DNA of 63,988 nt, filler included, from Candidatus Woesearchaeota archaeon (GTDB taxonomy: Archaea; Nanobdellota; Nanobdellia; Woesearchaeales; CAZJJJ01): assembly GCA_046538795.1 (NCBI GenBank). It is 6 parts of 6 records of this genome, joined end to end, with 100 filler letters (N's around TTAATTAATTAA, not from the genome) between each part and the next. Parts side by side here need not be neighbours in the genome. Positions count along the whole stretch, not along the records: positions 7,576 to 36,206 come from JBKHIF010000011.1; 5 more parts are not named here. One strand, given 5' to 3'. Positions within the stretch are counted from its first letter, which is position 1; each line of letters opens with the position of its first letter. Positions 20,117 through 30,440 of this stretch are shown here, one piece after another. Made by a program: the position numbers and the translations under genes. A model generated the notes under the pieces. It worked only from the letters and a program-made list of their open reading frames with translations. It searched no databases and had not been told where the DNA came from.

Positions 20117-22075
20117 TTAGAATTCAGGAAGAACTACATCTCTATATATCCTATCCATGCAGTTCTGAAGCTTGTTTATCCTTTCTTGTTTTCTTGTCGC
20201 TCTTAAAATCTGCCTCATGAAATCTACGCACTGCCTGATAAGCCTTATTACATCGCCTTCACGAAGATTTGTCATTTCCATTATCTCAAGAAAATCAGAT
20301 CCGTTTGCCCAGGAATATATCATAGGTATCATTTTTCTCAGATATCGCTTGTCAATCATCTGAGCGACATACATATTTTCAGAGACTGCATCAATTATGT
20401 TTATGAAAGCACGCTTATATTGTGGATCTTTTCTCTTGTAAAACTGATCATTTCGCCTTGCTTCATAGACAATTTCGGCAAGAAGACATATTATCTCAGA
20501 TTCTGAAAGAATATCGACAACACCTGAATCAAATATCTCTGTTATGAGAAGTTCATGTTGATATATGTATCTTGCAAACTCTCCTTTCTCAGTTATTTTT
20601 CCCGACTGATCAATATAGTCCATGCGTTTAAGACGCTTTACAGCATTCTTGAATGATGACATTATCCTTATATCTCGTCTTTGTTTTTTTCTAAGATAAT
20701 AATCAAAACTGCTTTTAAGGATAACTTCAATCGTTTCACTGTCATAGTTATTTACAAGATTAAGAACTGTATTATAAGAAAGCTTAAACTGTGATCTTAT
20801 AGGTTCAACATCCCTTGACATGAGATTGACCATTTTCTGGACATCATTATAATTCTTATCTATGAGAGCCATTGCCCTTCCTTCCTTATCTATACCCCGT
20901 CTTCCAGCGCGTCCTGCCATCTGGAAATATTCTTTTGATGAGAGATACCTGAAATTATACCCATCGTATTTTTCAAGAGAAGAAAAAGCAACTGTTTTTG
21001 CCGGCATGTTTATGCCAACTGCAAATGTTTCTGTGGCATAAAGAACTTTTATCAAGCCTTCATTGAAAAGCTCTTCTACAACCTCTTTCATTGATGGAAG
21101 AAGACCTGCATGATGGAAAGCTATGCCATTAGGAAGAACCTGCCTTAATGTCCTTACAGTTTCAAGAGAAGCATACTGAGAATCAAGCTTTTCCCTGAAT
21201 TTTTCAATAATCATTTTTTTCTGATCAGGAGTCGTGAAATCAAGTCTTGCTTTTCTCACCAATTCAACTGCCTTTTCTTCACAGGATTTTCTTGAGAATA
21301 CAAAAAATATACAAGGAAGAAAATTATTTGATCTAAGCTCTTTCACAAGATCAATATGCGTTGTCATCGGAAAATTATCAGCTCTCTTGTTATTTTTTCC
21401 TTTTTTGCTTCTATTTCCGAAAAAAGAATAATAATCATTATATTGGTTTATTTCTATAAGTTCTTTCACTTTTTCCAAAGGCACGATTCCGTTCATGGAA
21501 TCATAGAAAAAATGCTTGAGAGGAACAGCTCTCTTGTCATATTTTACGACATTTACCTCATGATCTTTTATGCTCATTATCCAGTCTGCAAACTCTTTGG
21601 CATTAGGAATCGTAGCGCTAAGACACAGAAATCTTATGTGTTCAGGTGAAAATATTATCGATTCTTCCCAAACAGTTCCGCGCTCAAAATCATTTATGAA
21701 ATGAATCTCATCGAATATTACATATGATATGTCATTTATCATCTGATCCTGGGTAAGAAGCATGTTCCGGTATATTTCTGTAGTCATTATAAGAACCTGG
21801 GCTTTCTTGTCATTTATCACAATATCTCCTGTGATCAATCCCACCTTATCTCCATATTCTTTCCTGAACTCCCTGAATTTTTGGTTGCTTAATGCCTTTA
21901 TAGGTGCAGTATAGACTATCTTGCTTCCTTTTTTTATGTATTTGTCTATAACATAATCTGCAATCAATGTCTTTCCTGTTCCTGTGGCAGCAGATACAAC
22001 TACTGAATTACCCTTGTCAAGATATTTTGCAGCATTTACCTGAAAATCATCAAGAATAAATTGTTTGTATCTCAT
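20117..22075 (-). CDS. Ski2/HelY-like DExH RNA helicase
   Basis: ATGTGKT, DEIH, LSAT, HHAG, QMAGRAGRRG, DSHCT-like C-terminus. Confidence 0.92.
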   Translation of the reverse strand: MRYKQFILDDFQVNAAKYLDKGNSVVVSAATGTGKTLIADYVIDKYIKKGSKIVYTAPIKALSNQKFREFRKEYGDKVGLITGDIVINDKKAQVLIMTTEIYRNMLLTQDQMINDISYVIFDEIHFINDFERGTVWEESIIFSPEHIRFLCLSATIPNAKEFADWIMSIKDHEVNVVKYDKRAVPLKHFFYDSMNGIVPLEKVKELIEINQYNDYYSFFGNRSKKGKNNKRADNFPMTTHIDLVKELRSNNFLPCIFFVFSRKSCEEKAVELVRKARLDFTTPDQKKMIIEKFREKLDSQYASLETVRTLRQVLPNGIAFHHAGLLPSMKEVVEELFNEGLIKVLYATETFAVGINMPAKTVAFSSLEKYDGYNFRYLSSKEYFQMAGRAGRRGIDKEGRAMALIDKNYNDVQKMVNLMSRDVEPIRSQFKLSYNTVLNLVNNYDSETIEVILKSSFDYYLRKKQRRDIRIMSSFKNAVKRLKRMDYIDQSGKITEKGEFARYIYQHELLITEIFDSGVVDILSESEIICLLAEIVYEARRNDQFYKRKDPQYKRAFINIIDAVSENMYVAQMIDKRYLRKMIPMIYSWANGSDFLEIMEMTNLREGDVIRLIRQCVDFMRQILRATRKQERINKLQNCMDRIYRDVVLPEF

Positions 22076-22156
22076 CTGAGATTAAAGAAAACATCTGCAT
22101 TTAAAATAGTTTCTGATAGAATTTGATAAATATGTAAAAATGACTGTGCAAACTTG

Positions 22157-23434
22157 TCATTTCTGTGCGACCACAGGCACGTTGCTTGCAACTACCTTGT
22201 TTGAATAGCTTTGAATGGATAACGAAAAAATAAAAAGAAGAAGCATTATGAATGCGCCCAGCAAAAAGACATATTTTACGCCAAAAATATCTGAAATAAA
22301 TCCTCCAATCAGGGGGCCCATGCCTTCAGCAGTCATCTTAATTGTTGATATAACTCCTGAAATTCGTGATATTTTTTTCCTGGGTATTATTGTTGTCATT
22401 GCGCCTTCTATAGACGGGCGTATTATGGAAAATGAAAGAGATATGAAAAATGCAAGTATAAAAAGTACTGTGATACTTTTTGTGAAAAACACAAGCAGAA
22501 AAAATGATATGGAATATGTTGAACCTATAAGTATCATGCTTCTTTTTGAGTTTTTGTCTGCTATTCGCGAAAAGAATGATTCAAAAACTCTTGGAAGATT
22601 GCTTGCTGCAACAATAAGCCCGATGAAAATATAATTGCTTCCCATTTCATATACAAAAAGAGGAAGAAGAAGAGTGACTATACCTGCCGCCATCACCAGA
22701 AGAAATGTTATAGCAAGCAATTTCACAAGCTCTTTATCTTTCTTTACTTCACCATAACCAGACAATAGTGATCCTTTTCTGAAAACAGCTTTTATGCCTC
22801 GAAAAAAATAGGGTCTTTTTTTAAGTTCAGGAAGAAACAATATTGCAAGAATCAGTGCAAGCAAGGCAAATGCTGTCACAGAAAGATACATCATGTTTCC
22901 GATCATGCTCATAAGAAAGCCTCCTGCTACACATCCTAAAACTATTCCAAGTCCAAATGAGCTGTCAAAAAAACCGATAGATTCAGAAGTCTTGTTTTTT
23001 GAAGAATGTTCTCTCATGAAACTTTCCGCAGTAGTCCATACAGATGACATGAGAACTCCATGGTACATCCTGAAAAAAAGGACTGATAAAAATCCGCTAA
23101 GTATCAAAAACCATGGACCCATGAACATGTAAAAGAAAAATATGGCAACCAGAGTCCATTTTTTCGAGACTTTTTCCATGAATGCTCCCAAAGGAATGCA
23201 CCATAATGTGGATGTCACATAAAGGAGAAAAGTGATTATGCCAAGAGAGCTATAAGAACCAAGGATTTCTTTTATATAAATTGACTGGAAAGGTATGACG
23301 ATTCCCCAACCAAACATATAAACCAGAAAAATAAGAGATATCTTTTTTATGGCCTTTGGAAGCTTTGAGATATTTTTTGGAAATTTTCTTATTCCAAGAT
23401 GGAAATGCCTGTGAGCATGAGGATTGTGTGACAT
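22157..23434 (-). CDS. MFS transporter
   Basis: 12-TM pattern in two repeats. Confidence 0.88.
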   Translation of the reverse strand: MSHNPHAHRHFHLGIRKFPKNISKLPKAIKKISLIFLVYMFGWGIVIPFQSIYIKEILGSYSSLGIITFLLYVTSTLWCIPLGAFMEKVSKKWTLVAIFFFYMFMGPWFLILSGFLSVLFFRMYHGVLMSSVWTTAESFMREHSSKNKTSESIGFFDSSFGLGIVLGCVAGGFLMSMIGNMMYLSVTAFALLALILAILFLPELKKRPYFFRGIKAVFRKGSLLSGYGEVKKDKELVKLLAITFLLVMAAGIVTLLLPLFVYEMGSNYIFIGLIVAASNLPRVFESFFSRIADKNSKRSMILIGSTYSISFFLLVFFTKSITVLFILAFFISLSFSIIRPSIEGAMTTIIPRKKISRISGVISTIKMTAEGMGPLIGGFISDIFGVKYVFLLGAFIMLLLFIFSLSIQSYSNKVVASNVPVVAQK

Positions 23435-23520
23435 TACTTATTTTTTTGAAAAAATAATATTTAAATGTTTTTGAAAAAAGACAAAACATATTCATAAAAA
23501 ATGGATTAAAAAAATAAAGA

Positions 23521-23729
23521 AATAAAGAAAATCACTGCTCAAGCCTATTAGAAATTTAAAAAATTTCTATCCCTAAAACTGACAGTTTTAGATATCCCCA
23601 CACTGAAGTGTGGGGTATTAAGGCTTTCGCAGCTGACGTGATTTTCTAATTTCAAAATTCGCCTTCAAAGGCGAAGGTATTGCTCCAAAGGAGTACCCTT
23701 TCAGGGCAAACCCAAAATGTAGAAATAAA
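23521..23729 (+). repeat. Family A repeat copy 3 (two extra hairpin modules)
   Basis: Full A frame plus TAGAAATTTAAAAAATTTCTA and CTAAAACTGACAGTTTTAG. Confidence 0.9.
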
Positions 23730-23746
23730 AAAATAAAAAAGAGATT

Positions 23747-25543
23747 TTATTCTTCTGAATCGCCATCTGATTCATCAACATCAAGGCTTCCCTGATTCTC
23801 CTCCTTGATCATCTTTACAATCTCTCTTACGATCTCATTTGCCTGCTTCATGTGTTCTCTTGCTCTCGCCATATATTGATTGGCTTCTTTTGCTAAGTCA
23901 TCTGTTTCTCCAGATGTCTTTGCTTCCATCCACTTTTTACCGGCAAGATCATAGTTCTCTTTTGCAAGGCTTATCATCTCGCTGAATTCAGAGAGTTTCT
24001 CATCTATAGAACTTGTATCTTTTCCTTTTTCTTCAAGGCCTGCAAGTATCTTTTCAAGTCTCATCTCGAGAGCTTCTGCTCTTGCAACAGTTCCTCTGAT
24101 CTTCTCATTTAAGACAACACCTGAGCCTCTCTTAAGTATTCTTTTCGCTTCTGGCCAGGATTCTTTCACTTTTGCAGCAGTATCTTTTATTTCCGAAACA
24201 GTCTCTGCATCTTCAAGAAGAGATTTTGATTCTTTCAAAGAGTCAATAACAGAATCAACTTCAGAAAGCATATCTTGTGCTTTTGTTTCATTAATCATTT
24301 CAGAAGATTCTATCTTTGCCTTTATCTTTTCAAGAGCATTCAAAAGACTGTCTGTTGTTCCAAGTAAAAATTCTTTTGATATGTTTATATGTTCATCGCA
24401 CATAGCCTGATCAGATTCTTCAGAAAAGCATTCTCTTATCTGTTCTCTATTTTGATTTATCTTCTGTTTTGAATTTACATATCTTTCACGTGCGTTCTGA
24501 AAATTATCTTTTGCATTCTCATAACGAAGTCTTGCATCTTCTAATTTATCTCTTGCAATCTCACGTCTCTTATAACCATTCTCGATCAATTCCTGCTTTT
24601 CTTCTACCTGAGACATGATCTTATCCTGAACTTCTTTTTTCTTAAGGTCTTCTGCACTATATTTATCAAGAACCTTTTTTGCTTCAGCACGACCAAGATC
24701 TATAATTTTTTCAAATTCTTCAGATTTAAGTTGAGCAATCTTTTTTGCTTTTTCTGAATCAAATTCCTTTAGTGCCCTAAGCTTATATGCTTCATTATCC
24801 TTAACCTGATTGTAAAGATTTGTTATTTTTCCCTTATTGTTCTCATCAAGTTCAGACCATCTTTCTCTAGCTGCATTTACAAGTCGTTTTCTTATGTTTT
24901 CTGAATTACCAAGCCTGTTTCCATTTTCATCATAGTTTGAATCATCTTTATCTTCACAAGGACACTCTCCTCTGCATTTAATTTTTGCACCTCTGCTATT
25001 TGCCAAACAATCATTGGAATAAGTTTTTCCGTCTTCTCCGCAAACAGGAGCATATTCCATAGTACATGCAACATCTGCATTTTCAATATTTTTATCTGAA
25101 TCTCCAGAAGCAGAATTTGCAACAAGGGCCCTAGGAACTTTTGGAGGAACAGACGTCATATCGCATTTCCTAAACTTTACAAGGTCCCCATTCTCTTTGT
25201 ACCATCCTTCTGAATCGGTATTTTCAGCTCTGCACATAATTATTTCTTCTTCAATACAATCAGCAAGAAACAAGAATTCTCCTGTAGATAAATCATAATA
25301 TCCTTTATTCCTGTCATCAGGATTCCTACAGATGGCTTTCTTTACAATATCTGATTTTTCTTCATTATCATCTGAATCATCTAAAGAATCAGATTTTTCT
25401 GTGCCATCTTCAGTTTTATCAATTGAATTTCCTGATACATCTGTAGCCATATTATCATCTTCTACTACTGCAATAACAGATACAGCAGATATAAACACCA
25501 CAAACATAACAAAAAAACTCAGCAGTTTTGCCTTATTTTTCAT
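23747..25543 (-). CDS. Secreted protein with Kazal-type domain and long coiled coil
   Basis: Signal peptide; CTMEYAPVCGEDGKTYSNDC...CRGEC; helical C-terminal region. Confidence 0.8.
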   Translation of the reverse strand: MKNKAKLLSFFVMFVVFISAVSVIAVVEDDNMATDVSGNSIDKTEDGTEKSDSLDDSDDNEEKSDIVKKAICRNPDDRNKGYYDLSTGEFLFLADCIEEEIIMCRAENTDSEGWYKENGDLVKFRKCDMTSVPPKVPRALVANSASGDSDKNIENADVACTMEYAPVCGEDGKTYSNDCLANSRGAKIKCRGECPCEDKDDSNYDENGNRLGNSENIRKRLVNAARERWSELDENNKGKITNLYNQVKDNEAYKLRALKEFDSEKAKKIAQLKSEEFEKIIDLGRAEAKKVLDKYSAEDLKKKEVQDKIMSQVEEKQELIENGYKRREIARDKLEDARLRYENAKDNFQNARERYVNSKQKINQNREQIRECFSEESDQAMCDEHINISKEFLLGTTDSLLNALEKIKAKIESSEMINETKAQDMLSEVDSVIDSLKESKSLLEDAETVSEIKDTAAKVKESWPEAKRILKRGSGVVLNEKIRGTVARAEALEMRLEKILAGLEEKGKDTSSIDEKLSEFSEMISLAKENYDLAGKKWMEAKTSGETDDLAKEANQYMARAREHMKQANEIVREIVKMIKEENQGSLDVDESDGDSEE

Positions 25544-25851
25544 AAATATCAGCCTCCTTAAGCCAGATCAAATCAATTTGTACACAATAACAGTTTCGTT
25601 CATTTATAAGCATACTTTCTAAAAATAAAAAATAAAGGTTTATAAGCTAGTTTAAAACTTTATAAAGACTTAAAAGAGCTTAAAACGGTAAATAAGTTTC
25701 TAAAAACAATAAATGATTTGTGAAACTAAATTTTAATCAGATTTTGATGATTCCTTATTTCAAAACAACCTTATAATTTTTACAAAAATAGCTTTTTTTC
25801 ATAATCTTTAAATAGAGATTAAACTTTTGTAAATTTAAGGAGGTAATTATT

Positions 25852-26058
25852 ATGGCAGAAGAGCTAGAATTTTACGATGTCAAATCAGGAGAAAGATTTA
25901 AGACCACAGATTATAGGGTTGAAGAGAAAACTTCAGAAAGCAAGAAAACAGGCAAGATGGTAACCAGATATTTTGCTGTTACGAAATCTCCAAGCGGAAG
26001 TCATGAATGCTGGAAGATACTTGGAAAAGATATGGCAGCGAAACTTAAAAACCAATAG
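25852..26058 (+). CDS. CC1-like small chromatin protein
   Basis: LEFYDVK...F.TTDY...FAVTKSP...WKILGK resembles crenarchaeal CC1; AGGAGGT SD. Confidence 0.75.
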   Translation: MAEELEFYDVKSGERFKTTDYRVEEKTSESKKTGKMVTRYFAVTKSPSGSHECWKILGKDMAAKLKNQ

Positions 26059-26076
26059 ATTAGTTATTTTCTTTTA

Positions 26077-26095
26077 AGAACCCACATAGGGTTCT
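26077..26095. terminator. Hairpin between convergent genes
   Basis: AGAACCC-ACATA-GGGTTCT. Confidence 0.4.
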
Positions 26096-26114
26096 ATTTA
26101 TGTTTACTAAAGAA

Positions 26115-26615
26115 TCAGATAACATCAATTCGAATTATATAATCAATATCAGCCTTATCGCATTCCATCTCAAAATAATATTTGCCCTGGCCATGCTTAT
26201 CAATGTTGATAATCTTGTTTCTTTGTATATGTTCCCAATCATTAAATTCAGATAAGAGTTCTCCTGAAGGGTCATATATTCTCAATGTAGCAGTTCCCCG
26301 CCTTATTATAAGACGCTGAAATATGCTAAGAGAACTATCTGATTGTTGTGCTATTATATGTCCTGAAAATATTATGCCATTGCACATATCGTTTCCATAA
26401 AATTCCTGATGACGATTTTCTCTTAACATGCTAACATATAGTCCATGCGCACTTCCTATTATAACTGCCAATATAAGAAATATCATCGCAGGCCTGTAAA
26501 AATGAGTAAGCTTCTTTTTTTTTGAATTGTATTTTTTTCCAAACATTAACTTAAGATATTTTCTTTTTAGCTCTTTTAGAAACAATCTCATCCCTTTTCT
26601 TGTTTTTTTGGCCAT
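26115..26615 (-). CDS. Hypothetical single-pass membrane protein
   Basis: Basic N-terminus, one TM, beta-rich C-terminus. Confidence 0.6.
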   Translation of the reverse strand: MAKKTRKGMRLFLKELKRKYLKLMFGKKYNSKKKKLTHFYRPAMIFLILAVIIGSAHGLYVSMLRENRHQEFYGNDMCNGIIFSGHIIAQQSDSSLSIFQRLIIRRGTATLRIYDPSGELLSEFNDWEHIQRNKIINIDKHGQGKYYFEMECDKADIDYIIRIDVI

Positions 26616-26715
26616 CAGTTATCATCACATTTCCAGATTTATAAATATTACCATAAGTAATCATGCGATTCTTGATAAAGAATATATACATGAAAGACTA
26701 TCCAGCATAATATAT

Positions 26716-27027
26716 ATGGAAAATACAGATAATAATATCAAGGATATGAATGTGCCAGATAATATTTTTGTAAGGCATGTTATAAGCCTGCATACAGGAG
26801 CCTTGATATTTTTAGGAAAAATAAAAAATCCTATAACAGGAGAAGAACAAAAAAACATCAAAGAAGCCAAAGAAATAATAGATCTTCTGAAGGAACTTAA
26901 GAAAAAAACTGAAAATAATCTTAGTGAATACGAAAATAAGATATTTGATAACGCAATCACACAGCTCCAGTATGAATATGTCAAGGAAACCATACTAGAC
27001 AAGAATGGTAATAATAAGGAGGATTAA
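26716..27027 (+). CDS. DUF1844 family protein
   Basis: ALIFLGKIKNPITG...AKEIIDLL..L.KKT.NNLS..E......ITQLQYEYV. Confidence 0.75.
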   Translation: MENTDNNIKDMNVPDNIFVRHVISLHTGALIFLGKIKNPITGEEQKNIKEAKEIIDLLKELKKKTENNLSEYENKIFDNAITQLQYEYVKETILDKNGNNKED

Positions 27028-27535
27028 AGTGCCATATCGAAAACATCTTTTTTTACTTATATTTAACAATGAAAATAAGTTTCTGATAGCAAAGAAGAAA
27101 AACATGGAAATATGGGAACTTCCCTCTTTTTCCATATCCAGCGATATTTCTATCAAAGATAATCTTGAAAGATTTTTTTCTGAACAGATCAATATTTCAG
27201 ATCATAAGATAATTAAAAATTCTGCTAAGGTTAACAGATATGAGCTTCCAAAAGAATTCCAAAGCGTAACAGGAGCATCAGGAGAAGAACATCGTTTCAT
27301 GTATATTAAAGCAAAATCAGCCAACCTGAAAGACGTTTCCAGATATGATGACATAACCTGGATAACAATACCACAGATGCCATCGATGATAAGGATGAAA
27401 AATATCAATATGATGACAGAAACATTTGAAAATGAATTTCAGGATATATCAGAATCAAGAAGAAAAGAACAGCAGGAAACGAAAAAATATAAAGAAAACA
27501 TTTTCTCAGAGACAGACATCGACAAATTATTCTAA
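27005..27535 (+). CDS. Degenerate NUDIX/RppH-like fold protein
   Basis: LIFNNENKFLI...WELP and G..GEEHRFMY layout; the Nudix box is not conserved. Confidence 0.5.
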   Translation: MVIIRRIKVPYRKHLFLLIFNNENKFLIAKKKNMEIWELPSFSISSDISIKDNLERFFSEQINISDHKIIKNSAKVNRYELPKEFQSVTGASGEEHRFMYIKAKSANLKDVSRYDDITWITIPQMPSMIRMKNINMMTETFENEFQDISESRRKEQQETKKYKENIFSETDIDKLF

Positions 27536-27542
27536 AAACAAC

Positions 27543-27727
27543 TTATTCTTCGATAGTGATGCATCTGTTTGGGCATTCTGATTCGCATGCTCTGCACACA
27601 ATGCAACTATCCTGATTATCGATGCAAAGCTTTCCATCATCTCTTTTTTAAAAACATCCATGGAACAGATATCCATACACAAGAAACAGTTCGAGCATTT
27701 ATTGAAATCTATCATGACTTTCGGCAT
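27543..27727 (-). pseudogene. 2x[4Fe-4S] ferredoxin split by a -1 frameshift
   Basis: CSNCFLCMDIC in frame 0; CIVCRACESECP in the -1 frame after a T5A6 run. Confidence 0.8.
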
Positions 27728-27786
27728 TTTTCAATTACAATATGATCAAAAAAAAATTGAAAGTAAAAGTAAAAAAATAAAAAATA

Positions 27787-28299
27787 TCATTCCTTTTGAG
27801 ATGAAGATTTTTTCATGGTTTCAGAATCTTTTGTTTTTTCTTCTTTAGAAGGTTTTTTCGCAGAAGTTTCTTTTGGCTTTTCAGAAGAAGTCTCTTTTGA
27901 TGCTTCTTTTTTTCCAGCCTGTTCTGAACTATCCTTTTTCTGTACAGTCTCTTTAACCCTATCTGCAACAGACTTGGATTTTTCCATCTTCATCTCTTTC
28001 TTGTCCCTTTTCTTTTCTATGCTTGATTTCCTTGTGACAGGTTTTTCCTTGAGTTCTGCAAAAACGCTTCCGTCCTCATTCTTTGTAACCTTTACAAGAA
28101 CATGGTGAGGCGGGTTTCTTATGCCATTTTCCCAGATCTTTTCGTTCAGGTGATTACCTATCTTGATATTTTCAGATTTCATGTGCTTAACAAGAAATTC
28201 TCTTACAGCAGTAGATGCCTTCTTAGATTTCTTGTATATAGGGACTTTCTGAAATTCCCTTCTTAGCGGGATGTTATATTCTCTTTCTATAACTGCCAT
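27787..28299 (-). CDS. rpl31e: 50S ribosomal protein L31e with K/E-rich extension
   Basis: EREYNIPLR, LNEKIWENGIRNPP. Confidence 0.95.
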   Translation of the reverse strand: MAVIEREYNIPLRREFQKVPIYKKSKKASTAVREFLVKHMKSENIKIGNHLNEKIWENGIRNPPHHVLVKVTKNEDGSVFAELKEKPVTRKSSIEKKRDKKEMKMEKSKSVADRVKETVQKKDSSEQAGKKEASKETSSEKPKETSAKKPSKEEKTKDSETMKKSSSQKE

Positions 28300-29042
28300 T
28301 TTAGATCACTTATACGTTTGTCTTGGTCCTTCTCCAGCTTCTTTTGGTCTTTGTGACCCGTCCTGGATGGACTCTTCTTCCTACGCCGAAAATCTTTGGT
28401 ATTACCCAAAAAGGCGCCAATTTTGTCCTCTTGCCCTGTTTTGCAAGTTTTAGTTTCCTTGATAGATGAATATTTCTTGCCATTTTTATTACCTTCAGCC
28501 TCAGCTTCTTTTTTTGGCTCTTCTTTTGGAGATTCTGTATTTTCTGATTTAGCTTCAGGCTCTTTTGGAGAAGCTTCTTTTTTCTCTGTTTTTGACGCTT
28601 TTTTGTCTGAAGCAATTTTAGGCCTGATCCTGCTTGCGCATTTCTCAAGCAAAGACTGACCCTTCGGAGCAATAATTCTTCCTTTTTTCTTAGGATCAAC
28701 ACTTTTTGCTACAAGGCCTTCTATCTCAAGCTGCTGCATAGCTTTTCTAAGAATATTTCCTGAGCCTTTCACAAACTTTTCAGGAGCAAATCCACGGTTC
28801 TGCTTTCCTCCGTATTTTGTCCTCAGCTTTGAAACACCTACAGGCGCTCTTAGTGATATTGTTCTTAGTATAGCAGCAACTCTTGTAAACCACCATTCAG
28901 GATCTACAGGAGGCCTTTCCTTATGGATGCCTGTCTTTACAAACTGAGCCCATTCAGGAGGCTGTATTCCAGGCAGTTTCTTTAGTTCTTTTGCAACTTC
29001 TTCAATTAAGTCGTTAGGATCGACATCATATATTGAAACCAT
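28287..29042 (-). CDS. rps19e: 30S ribosomal protein S19e with long C-terminal extension overlapping rpl39e
   Basis: PPEWAQFVKTG.HKERPP, WWFTRVAAILR, YGG, QQLE. Confidence 0.95.
   Translation of the reverse strand: MVSIYDVDPNDLIEEVAKELKKLPGIQPPEWAQFVKTGIHKERPPVDPEWWFTRVAAILRTISLRAPVGVSKLRTKYGGKQNRGFAPEKFVKGSGNILRKAMQQLEIEGLVAKSVDPKKKGRIIAPKGQSLLEKCASRIRPKIASDKKASKTEKKEASPKEPEAKSENTESPKEEPKKEAEAEGNKNGKKYSSIKETKTCKTGQEDKIGAFLGNTKDFRRRKKSPSRTGHKDQKKLEKDQDKRISDLKWQL
28310..28483 (-). CDS. rpl39e: 50S ribosomal protein L39e
   Basis: MARN...KLKLAK...APFWV...RSWRRTK (57 aa), directly upstream of L31e. Confidence 0.92.
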   Translation of the reverse strand: MARNIHLSRKLKLAKQGKRTKLAPFWVIPKIFGVGRRVHPGRVTKTKRSWRRTKTNV

Positions 29043-29352
29043 TTTTCATACACCATAATTATATCATATTTTTATAATCTTTGTTTATTTGTCTATGTGC
29101 TAGAACCTCTAAACCTTAATTTTTAAACCCAATTCCTTTCGGAGAATCGATTTATTTAAAAATCTTTCCGTTAGAAAGGGTTAAAAATGTATTTTAGATA
29201 ATTTTGATTAACTTTTTTGATGTGATCAAGATAAAAATAGCATATATTTCCAATATTTGTTAATTTTTAAAAATAAGCTTATTTAGATATCTTCTTAACC
29301 TAAGATCATAACAAAAGATTTTATATATTATCTACTATTCTGGATTTTCACA

Positions 29353-30339
29353 ATGGGAGACGAAGAAAAAATAAAGGATTATTCACAGTGCAATTATAAT
29401 GAAGAATCTATGGAAGTTTCCAAGCCAAAAAGCACAGGAATAGACGAACCTGGTTATGACAAGGAAAAACACAAGCAGTTTATAATAAATTACCATAAAA
29501 GAAAGCTTATCACATACGATGATTCAGGCATTGTTCAGCTAAGGGATAATATTATGGAAAAAGGAGAAATAATAGACCGTGATTTCCAGAAAAATATTTC
29601 AGATCTCTATTCAAAAGATTATGAAAAACAGGATATCTGCGAAAGAAATCCCCCTTATTCAGGAGCTGCATTTACTAAGCTTCCAAACATTACAGTCCTT
29701 CCAAATCTTAAGACAGTGGAAAAAAGGATGATCCTTGGATGCACCATGGGACATTATCAGGAAGCTCTTGACAAGAGCGACATTGACTATCTTGAAGTAT
29801 ATGAATATCATGGATACGGAGCTATGCTTATCGACAAGAAAGATGAACCTTTCATGGAACTTCATGTCCTTAAGCCAGGAGACAAGATATTTACGCTTAA
29901 TAAGTGCAACATGACATTATATAATTTCAACCTGCACCCTCTTGTAACTTCTGATTTTGCCAACCCAAAAATACATCAGGGAGATAAAAGTCTGCAAAAA
30001 GAGATTGGTCCTGCACTTATCATGCTTTATGACGGAATAAAGCTTGGAATAACACTTAACGAAGACTACATAAACAACAAAGATCATATTGGAGGCACAG
30101 GAATCGAGCTTCCAGGCTATCACAAAGATGAACTTACCATAATAATCGACACTGATTTGGGTAAAGATATTTACGAGAAGCTTCTTTTGGAAGAAACAAG
30201 AAAACATTTCTTAAGAATAGGAATAAGAGTCGCGAGAGGAAGCGACACACTATATCTTAACGGAGAAGAGCTTTCTGGAAGTCTTTATGACATAGTTACA
30301 GAAAAAGATGTGCTTCAAAAATATTTCAAAATGCAGTAA
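29353..30339 (+). CDS. Hypothetical protein with divergent cupin glucose-6-phosphate-isomerase-like core
   Basis: NITVLP...TMGHYQ...EVYEYHGYGAMLI...LKPGDKI resembles the cupin PGI motifs; sugar-phosphate gene context. Confidence 0.5.
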   Translation: MGDEEKIKDYSQCNYNEESMEVSKPKSTGIDEPGYDKEKHKQFIINYHKRKLITYDDSGIVQLRDNIMEKGEIIDRDFQKNISDLYSKDYEKQDICERNPPYSGAAFTKLPNITVLPNLKTVEKRMILGCTMGHYQEALDKSDIDYLEVYEYHGYGAMLIDKKDEPFMELHVLKPGDKIFTLNKCNMTLYNFNLHPLVTSDFANPKIHQGDKSLQKEIGPALIMLYDGIKLGITLNEDYINNKDHIGGTGIELPGYHKDELTIIIDTDLGKDIYEKLLLEETRKHFLRIGIRVARGSDTLYLNGEELSGSLYDIVTEKDVLQKYFKMQ

Positions 30340-30440
30340 ACAAGAACAGTATCTTTCTTTATTCAATAGTGCGTGCATATAGCAATACAATCAACAAAAG
30401 TTATATATATCTGCAAGAATTAATCTTATAATCTATCAGG

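Noticed and set aside
28484..28702. N-terminal extension of L39e in the 130-aa ORF
   Set aside because: Shadow frame of S19e; L39e starts at 28483.
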